Below are positions 58,803-64,000 of a DNA stretch of 64,000 nt, one piece after another. The notes under the pieces were generated by a model. It was not told where the DNA came from, did no database searches, and saw only the letters and a program-made list of their open reading frames with translations. A program made the position numbers and the translations under genes. The stretch is from positions 448,001 to 512,000 of the forward strand of contig CAXXVS010000002.1 in the NCBI GenBank assembly GCA_963674755.2, given 5' to 3'. This DNA comes from Desulfobacterales bacterium (GTDB lineage: Bacteria > Desulfobacterota > Desulfobacteria > Desulfobacterales > UBA5852). Position 1 is the first letter of the stretch. Every line of letters starts with the position of its first letter.

Positions 58803-59564
58803 TCAGGCCTTGCCGATGCGCGGGTCGTCGACGTCCAGAAACGCGCCGCTCAGATCGGATGGCGCTTGAAGGGCCAGCCAGGCGATTTTCCCGGCTGGCA
58901 CCGCCGGATCCAGAAGGCGATCCGTGGCTTTCAACTCCCGGAAGGCGGCGCTTGTTTCGGGGGTCATGGCCTGAGGCCCTTCGGCCCGGATCAGGGCCTG
59001 CATGGCAGTGTCCACCACCCCCGGCCGAAGGGCCACCGTGGTAATATCCGGCTCTTCGGCCGCTAGCAGGCGCGTGAGGTGGTTCAGGCCGGCCTTGGCC
59101 ACGCAGTAGGCGCTCCATCCTGCGATGGCTTTGACTGCGGCACCCGAGCTGATGTTAACGATGCGGCCGCGGCTGGCCCGCAACGGCGGTATGGCGGCCT
59201 GGGCCAGATGGAAAGGCCCCAGCAGATTGACTGCCAGATTGTCGTGCCAGTCCGCCGGTTCGGCGTCCGCCAGCCGGGCCAGGGGCGCCAGGATGCCCGC
59301 ATTGTTCACGAGCGCATCCAGGCGGCCGAAGCGGGCTACTGTTTCGGCCACCCAACGGCGGCCATCCTCCGGTCGGGCCACATCGCCGGCCAGCACCAGG
59401 AGGGCGTCATCCGCTGCTGTGAGCTCTGCCAGGGCAGATACGACACCTTCCCGGGAGCGGGCGGCGGCCACTACCCGACAGCCTTGCGCCAGCAGGTGGT
59501 GTGCTGTCGCGGCGCCGATGCCCCGGGAAGCGCCTGTAACGAGGACGACCGGTGCATCTTTCAT
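58803..59564 (-). CDS. Short-chain dehydrogenase/reductase
   Basis: VTGASRGIG, NNAG, ISSG, YCVAK, PGVVDT. Confidence 0.92.
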   Translation of the reverse strand: MKDAPVVLVTGASRGIGAATAHHLLAQGCRVVAAARSREGVVSALAELTAADDALLVLAGDVARPEDGRRWVAETVARFGRLDALVNNAGILAPLARLADAEPADWHDNLAVNLLGPFHLAQAAIPPLRASRGRIVNISSGAAVKAIAGWSAYCVAKAGLNHLTRLLAAEEPDITTVALRPGVVDTAMQALIRAEGPQAMTPETSAAFRELKATDRLLDPAVPAGKIAWLALQAPSDLSGAFLDVDDPRIGKA

Positions 59565-59577
59565 ACGGGCGTTCCTT

Positions 59578-60138
59578 TCAGGAGAGGTGATCCTGGATGG
59601 CCTGGGCCGGCGGGGTGATGGTTCCGGTATGCAGTCGGAAGCCGCCCCGGGATCGGTCGCGGAAATAGCATTCCAAGGTTTCCCGGATGACCACGAAAGC
59701 CAGCTCTTCCCATGGCAGGTCCTCTTCGGCAAACAGACGGACGTCAAGGCTCTCCTGGCCCGGCCGCCAGTCGGTGGATGCCAGCGGCCCCCGGAACATG
59801 AGGTAGATCTGGTTGATGAAAGGCAGGTCGAACATGGCAAAGGGCGTCAGCGCCTGCAGTTCGACATTCGCTTCTTCCCGGGTTTCCCGTCGGGCGCCGT
59901 CCATCATGGTTTCGCCGTTTTCCAGATAGCCGGCCGGCAGGGTCCAGAGCCCGACCCGGGGCGCGATGGCGCGGCGGCAGAGCAGGATGCGGCCGTCCCA
60001 TTCCGGGACGGTGCCCACCACCATGCGCGGATTCTGGTAGTGGATGGTGTGGCAGTGCCGGCAGACAAAACGCGGGCGGTTGTCGCCCGTGGGGATCTGC
60101 CGGCTGACGGGTCCGCCGCAGTGGGAGCAGAAATTCAT
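59578..60138 (-). CDS. NUDIX hydrolase with N-terminal zinc ribbon
   Basis: MNFCSHCG...CRHC..HYQNP; PAGYLENGET...RETREEA. Confidence 0.92.
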   Translation of the reverse strand: MNFCSHCGGPVSRQIPTGDNRPRFVCRHCHTIHYQNPRMVVGTVPEWDGRILLCRRAIAPRVGLWTLPAGYLENGETMMDGARRETREEANVELQALTPFAMFDLPFINQIYLMFRGPLASTDWRPGQESLDVRLFAEEDLPWEELAFVVIRETLECYFRDRSRGGFRLHTGTITPPAQAIQDHLS

Positions 60139-60300
60139 GACCGATCGCTTTCCGATTGTTGCCTAGCGGTGCGGGGTTTGAAACGAAGGTTTGCGGTCGC
60201 GTTGATGTCGTCACTATGATAGGCCATGTCCGGTGTGTTTACAAGGGGTATGGGGGCGGCTATCATGGAAGAAGATCATCCGGCACCAGGAGATTTTGCG

Positions 60301-61068
60301 ATGAAATATCTGATTTGCGGCAAAGGCGGCAGCGGTAAAAGCACCCTGGCCGTTTTGATGGCCCGATCTTTCCAGCGTATGGGACGGCGCGTGCTGCTGG
60401 TGGATGCCGACGAGTCCAATTTAGGACTGCACCGCCTGGCCGGCGCGCCTTCGGCCGAAACCCTGCTGGACGCCTTGGGGGGCAAGGAGGGCCTGCGGGC
60501 CCGCAAACAGTCCCTGCGGCCGGCCCACGCCTGCCCGGCATTCTACGAGGCGCCTTTCACCTGGGAGGACATCCCGCAGGGCTGCGTTCCCGAGGCCGAC
60601 GGCCTGCGCCTGCTTAAAATCGGGAAGATCAAATCTTTCGGCGAAGGCTGCGCCTGCCCCATGGGCGGGGTTCTGCGGCCTTTCCTGAATCATTTCCAGG
60701 CCGGCCCCGGGGACCGCGTGGTGGTGGATATGGCCGCCGGCGTGGAGCATTTCGGGCGCGGTGTGGACGCCCATGGCGACCGCATCATCGGCGTGATCGA
60801 CCCCTCCTTCGAATCCTTCAAACTGGCCCGCATCATCATGGACCTCTCCCAGGGGGCCGGCACGCCCATCGCCTTCGTCCTGAACAAGGCCGACGAGCGC
60901 ATGCGGGAGGCCATCGGCCGCTTTATCGATCCCGGTCTGATCTGGGCCGAAATCAGGGACGAAGAGGCCTTGTTCATGGCCGGCCTCGAGGGGCGTCCCC
61001 TCGGTCTGGCAATTCCGGCCATCGACGCGCTCTGCCGGAAGCTGGAGCCGGGCGAGGCTGCCGCCTAG
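60301..61068 (+). CDS. cooC: CooC/AcsF-family nickel-insertion ATPase
   Basis: GKGGSGKST, VDADE, GCAC, DMAAGVEHFGRG; AGGAG RBS. Confidence 0.85.
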   Translation: MKYLICGKGGSGKSTLAVLMARSFQRMGRRVLLVDADESNLGLHRLAGAPSAETLLDALGGKEGLRARKQSLRPAHACPAFYEAPFTWEDIPQGCVPEADGLRLLKIGKIKSFGEGCACPMGGVLRPFLNHFQAGPGDRVVVDMAAGVEHFGRGVDAHGDRIIGVIDPSFESFKLARIIMDLSQGAGTPIAFVLNKADERMREAIGRFIDPGLIWAEIRDEEALFMAGLEGRPLGLAIPAIDALCRKLEPGEAAA

Positions 61069-61071
61069 ACC

Positions 61072-62571
61072 ATGTCCACCCTGCCTGAGCAATCATTTGC
61101 CGATGCCCTTATCCGGTTGGAAAACATCACCCTGCGGGTGGGTGGGCGCTGGATTCTTCCGGGGACGTCCTGGACGATCCGGCCAGGTCAGAACTGGGTT
61201 GTCCTGGGCGCCAACGGCTCCGGTAAAACCTCCCTGACCGCGGCCCTGACCGGTGAAGTGCCGGTGGTCACCGGTCGTCGCTGGCTCAATCCGGACATGA
61301 TCCGGGAGAAGGACATGGCGCGCCTGGCCTTCGACACCCACCAGCGCCTGATCGCCCGGGACGAGGCCCAGGACGAGTCCCGTGAATTTGCCGGCCTGGA
61401 AGAGGCCGGCCTGTCCTTACGCGCGCTCCTGAAGACAACCGGCCGGGCGATTGCGCCGCTGCCGGAGGTTGCCCACCGTCTGGCCCTGACGCCGCTGCTC
61501 GACCAGCCGCTCAGGAGCCTGTCCACCGGGGAGATGCGGCGTTTCCTGTTGGCCCGGGCCCTGTTGCGCAAACCCCGCCTGCTGATTCTGGACGAACCCT
61601 TCGACGGGCTGGACCCGGTCATGCGGCGCCATTTCGCGGACATGATCACAGGGCTGGTCCGGAAGGGCCTTCAGACCGTTTTGGTGACCCACCGGCAGGA
61701 AGAAATCCTGCCGGTCATGACCCACTACCTGAGGCTGGGGGAAGATGGCGTTTTCGATCAGGGCCCACTGCCCATCACGCTTTCATCCCCAAGCGTCGCG
61801 GGACCGGAGCGACAGACTGCGGCGCAATGGCCGTCCAAGGCATCCGCCAGGCCCATCCCCGGGACCGCAAGGGGCGCGCTCCCGTTGATCCGGATGGTGG
61901 ATGTCTCGGTGGCTTATAACGCGCGCCGGGTGCTGGAGAAATTGAACTGGTGTGTCAGGGGAGGGGAGAACTGGCTTGTTTCCGGGCCCAACGGGGCCGG
62001 CAAGTCGACCCTGCTGAGGCTGATCAGCGCGGATCACCTCCAGGCTTACGCCAACGACATCTTCCTCTTCGGTCGCAAGCGCGGATCGGGGGAGAGCATT
62101 TGGGAAATCAAGCAGCGCATCGGACTGGTGTCCGGTGAGTTCCAGGTACGCTACCGCAAGCCCATCAGCGGGTTCCAGGTGATTTTGTCCGGTTTCTTCG
62201 ATTCGGTGGGGCTTTTTCGCCAGGCCAGCCCGGCCCAGCGCGAACAGGCCCGGGACTGGGTCGCCCGCCTGAAACTGGAAACCCTGGCCGAGGGGCGTTT
62301 CGACCGGATGTCCAGCGGCCAGCAGCGGATGGTGCTGATTGCCCGGGCCGTGGTCAAAGATCCCGCCCTGCTGATCCTGGACGAACCCTGCCAGGGGTTG
62401 GATGCCGCCAACCGAACCCGGGTGCTTGCCATGGTGGCGCACATCGGTGCCGCGACGCCCACCAACCTGATCTACACCACCCATCAGGCTGACGAGCGGC
62501 CCCCATGCATGACGCATGAACTGCAGCTTGCCGGAGACGGAAGTTGGGCCTGCCGCTCTTTAACCGCTTAG
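61072..62571 (+). CDS. Double-domain ABC ATPase (ModF-like)
   Basis: GANGSGKT, LSTGE, GPNGAGKST, GSGESIWEIK. Confidence 0.88.
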   Translation: MSTLPEQSFADALIRLENITLRVGGRWILPGTSWTIRPGQNWVVLGANGSGKTSLTAALTGEVPVVTGRRWLNPDMIREKDMARLAFDTHQRLIARDEAQDESREFAGLEEAGLSLRALLKTTGRAIAPLPEVAHRLALTPLLDQPLRSLSTGEMRRFLLARALLRKPRLLILDEPFDGLDPVMRRHFADMITGLVRKGLQTVLVTHRQEEILPVMTHYLRLGEDGVFDQGPLPITLSSPSVAGPERQTAAQWPSKASARPIPGTARGALPLIRMVDVSVAYNARRVLEKLNWCVRGGENWLVSGPNGAGKSTLLRLISADHLQAYANDIFLFGRKRGSGESIWEIKQRIGLVSGEFQVRYRKPISGFQVILSGFFDSVGLFRQASPAQREQARDWVARLKLETLAEGRFDRMSSGQQRMVLIARAVVKDPALLILDEPCQGLDAANRTRVLAMVAHIGAATPTNLIYTTHQADERPPCMTHELQLAGDGSWACRSLTA

Positions 62572-62578
62572 AAAGGGA

Positions 62579-63472
62579 ATGACATCGATGGCCTTCAGCG
62601 GGACGATACCTGCTGCTTCGGCTAAGCTCGATGCGCATGCGCGGACCGTGTTGGGGGGGACTTACTGCCATCTTTCGGACGGCGTCACCCATTACCGGTT
62701 GAGCGGACCGGTCGACGGCCAGCTCGTGGTGCTGGTGCACGGCGCAGCCGTGCCCCACTGGATCTGGGACGCCCTGGCAGACCGTCTGGCGGCCAACGGG
62801 TTGCGCGTGCTGTGCTACGACCAGTTCGGCCGGGGCTATTCCGACCGTCCTAGGGTGACCTACGAGCGCGCCCTGTACGAACGCCAGCTGCACGAGTTGG
62901 TGAACCACCTCGACTTGCAGGACGCTTTCCATTTGGTGGGCCTCTCGATGGGCGGGGCCACGGCCGTCAACTATACCGCCCGCCATCCGGAACGCGTCCG
63001 CCGGCTGGTCCTCATCGCACCGGTGATCAACAATTATAAGGTTCCGCCCATCCTGCGGCTGCCAGTGGCAGGGGAATTGGCGTTGCGCCTGGTGGGTCAG
63101 CGGCTCATGCGCAAGCGGTTTGCCGAACTGAGCGCAACCCTTCCCGACTTCGAACGGGTTCAGCTCAAGTTCGTGGCGCAGACGGCCTACAAGGGATTCC
63201 AGCGCTCTTTTCTGTCCATGATGCGCAATGACGCCCTTGGCAACTATGACGCGGTTTACCGGATCGTGGGCCGGCAGGATCGGGAGATCCTCTTGATCTG
63301 GGGCGAAAAGGATGCCGAGATCAGCGCGGAGATGATCGCGGATGTGCGGCGCTGCATGCCCCATCTGCATTTCCGACCGGTGGCGGAGGCCGGCCATGGC
63401 ATCGTTCTGGAAAAGCCGGATCTGGTGAACGATTGGGTCCTGGGGTTTTTGCGAAGCGAAAACCGCCCTTGA
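62579..63472 (+). CDS. Alpha/beta-fold hydrolase
   Basis: LVHG, DQFGRGYSD, GLSMGG, WGEKD, AGH. Confidence 0.92.
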   Translation: MTSMAFSGTIPAASAKLDAHARTVLGGTYCHLSDGVTHYRLSGPVDGQLVVLVHGAAVPHWIWDALADRLAANGLRVLCYDQFGRGYSDRPRVTYERALYERQLHELVNHLDLQDAFHLVGLSMGGATAVNYTARHPERVRRLVLIAPVINNYKVPPILRLPVAGELALRLVGQRLMRKRFAELSATLPDFERVQLKFVAQTAYKGFQRSFLSMMRNDALGNYDAVYRIVGRQDREILLIWGEKDAEISAEMIADVRRCMPHLHFRPVAEAGHGIVLEKPDLVNDWVLGFLRSENRP

Positions 63473-63732
63473 GGATGACGCACCGTAACAATGTGAAAAA
63501 TCGTGGCGCTGAACCGGCCCAGGGCTAATCCTGGGGAGGGAAGGGAGGGATCGCCAGTCCTCTGAAATCTCCTTGGGATAAGTGCCGCGACCCATCTGTA
63601 AAAAGACCAATCCCCACCCTTCAGTGCGTGCGGGTCGCTAAATTGGGGGCACGCGCTGCCAGCTACGCTTAATGCCGGCAATGATGATGGACGCCAGCGC
63701 CGGCCTTCAATCAACAAATCAGGAGCGGTGTT

Positions 63733-63900
63733 TCAGGGAGTCCCCGGGCGCGCAAGGCCGAAAGAGAGTTTCTTGGCCTCGTCGGGGGTTACTTCCTGCA
63801 TTTTCTTGCCGCAACAGAGCAGATCGCCGTCGCCACCCTTGAGAACGCTGACGATGCAGCCGCACTCCGTACATTTGTGGACATCGGCTTTCCGTGTCAT
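63733..63900 (-). CDS. Desulforedoxin-like FeS4 protein, 55 aa (not in ORF track)
   Basis: AAAAGGAGG RBS; MTRKADVHKCTECGCIVSVLKGGDGDLLCCGKKMQEV...: CxxC...CCG pattern. Confidence 0.85.
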   Translation of the reverse strand: MTRKADVHKCTECGCIVSVLKGGDGDLLCCGKKMQEVTPDEAKKLSFGLARPGTP

Positions 63901-64000
63901 GACAAACCTCCTTTTGGAATGGGTGTTCCTTCAGAGCGGCGGTCTGCCGAAGCTTTTCTAAGGTCGTGTCAGTCGCAGGTCCGGGAAGAAGGTGTGGGTG

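Noticed and set aside
63509..63543. TGAACC...CAGG.CTAAT.CCTG..GAGGGAA resembling the 3' half of a TPP riboswitch
   Set aside because: The conserved CTGAGA and TGAT cores are missing and there is no downstream plus-strand gene. A 6S RNA reading also lacked a long central stem.
63975..63995. CAGGTCCGGGAAGAAGG resembling the SRP RNA loop
   Set aside because: Does not match CAGGTCCGGAAGGAAGCAGC and has no supporting stem.

Overview
GC-rich chromosomal window from an anaerobic deltaproteobacterium, probably Desulfobacterales-like (inferred from gene content). Most of it is housekeeping and metabolism: pgm, argC, folD, M23 peptidase-secA, clpS-clpA-aat, trpEGDCF, acs, menA/menG, hslO and nudC. I see no IS, prophage, rRNA, tRNA or CRISPR. 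The standout is a two-gene operon at 37173-41536: an SPFH/HflC-like membrane protein translationally coupled to a 1139-aa protein with two classical-clade AAA+ modules fused to a Lon-type (S16) Ser-Lys protease domain. It is a candidate HflKC-FtsH-like proteolysis machine built from different parts, and it sits behind a highly structured ~260-nt leader. The acs/SSS-permease locus carries a DUF294 nucleotidyltransferase, a His-less sensor-kinase-like protein fused to an intact DEDDh exonuclease, and an Asp-to-Glu receiver. Non-coding elements include a c-di-GMP-I riboswitch before M23-secA and a complete trp attenuator with a 5-Trp leader peptide. Several small ORFs are missing from the ORF track: a WYL-adjacent 56-aa protein, a 28-aa membrane peptide and a desulforedoxin. 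There is also a PilZ plus twin-LuxR module with an unnamed sensor domain. All calls come from reading motifs by eye; no database searches were run.
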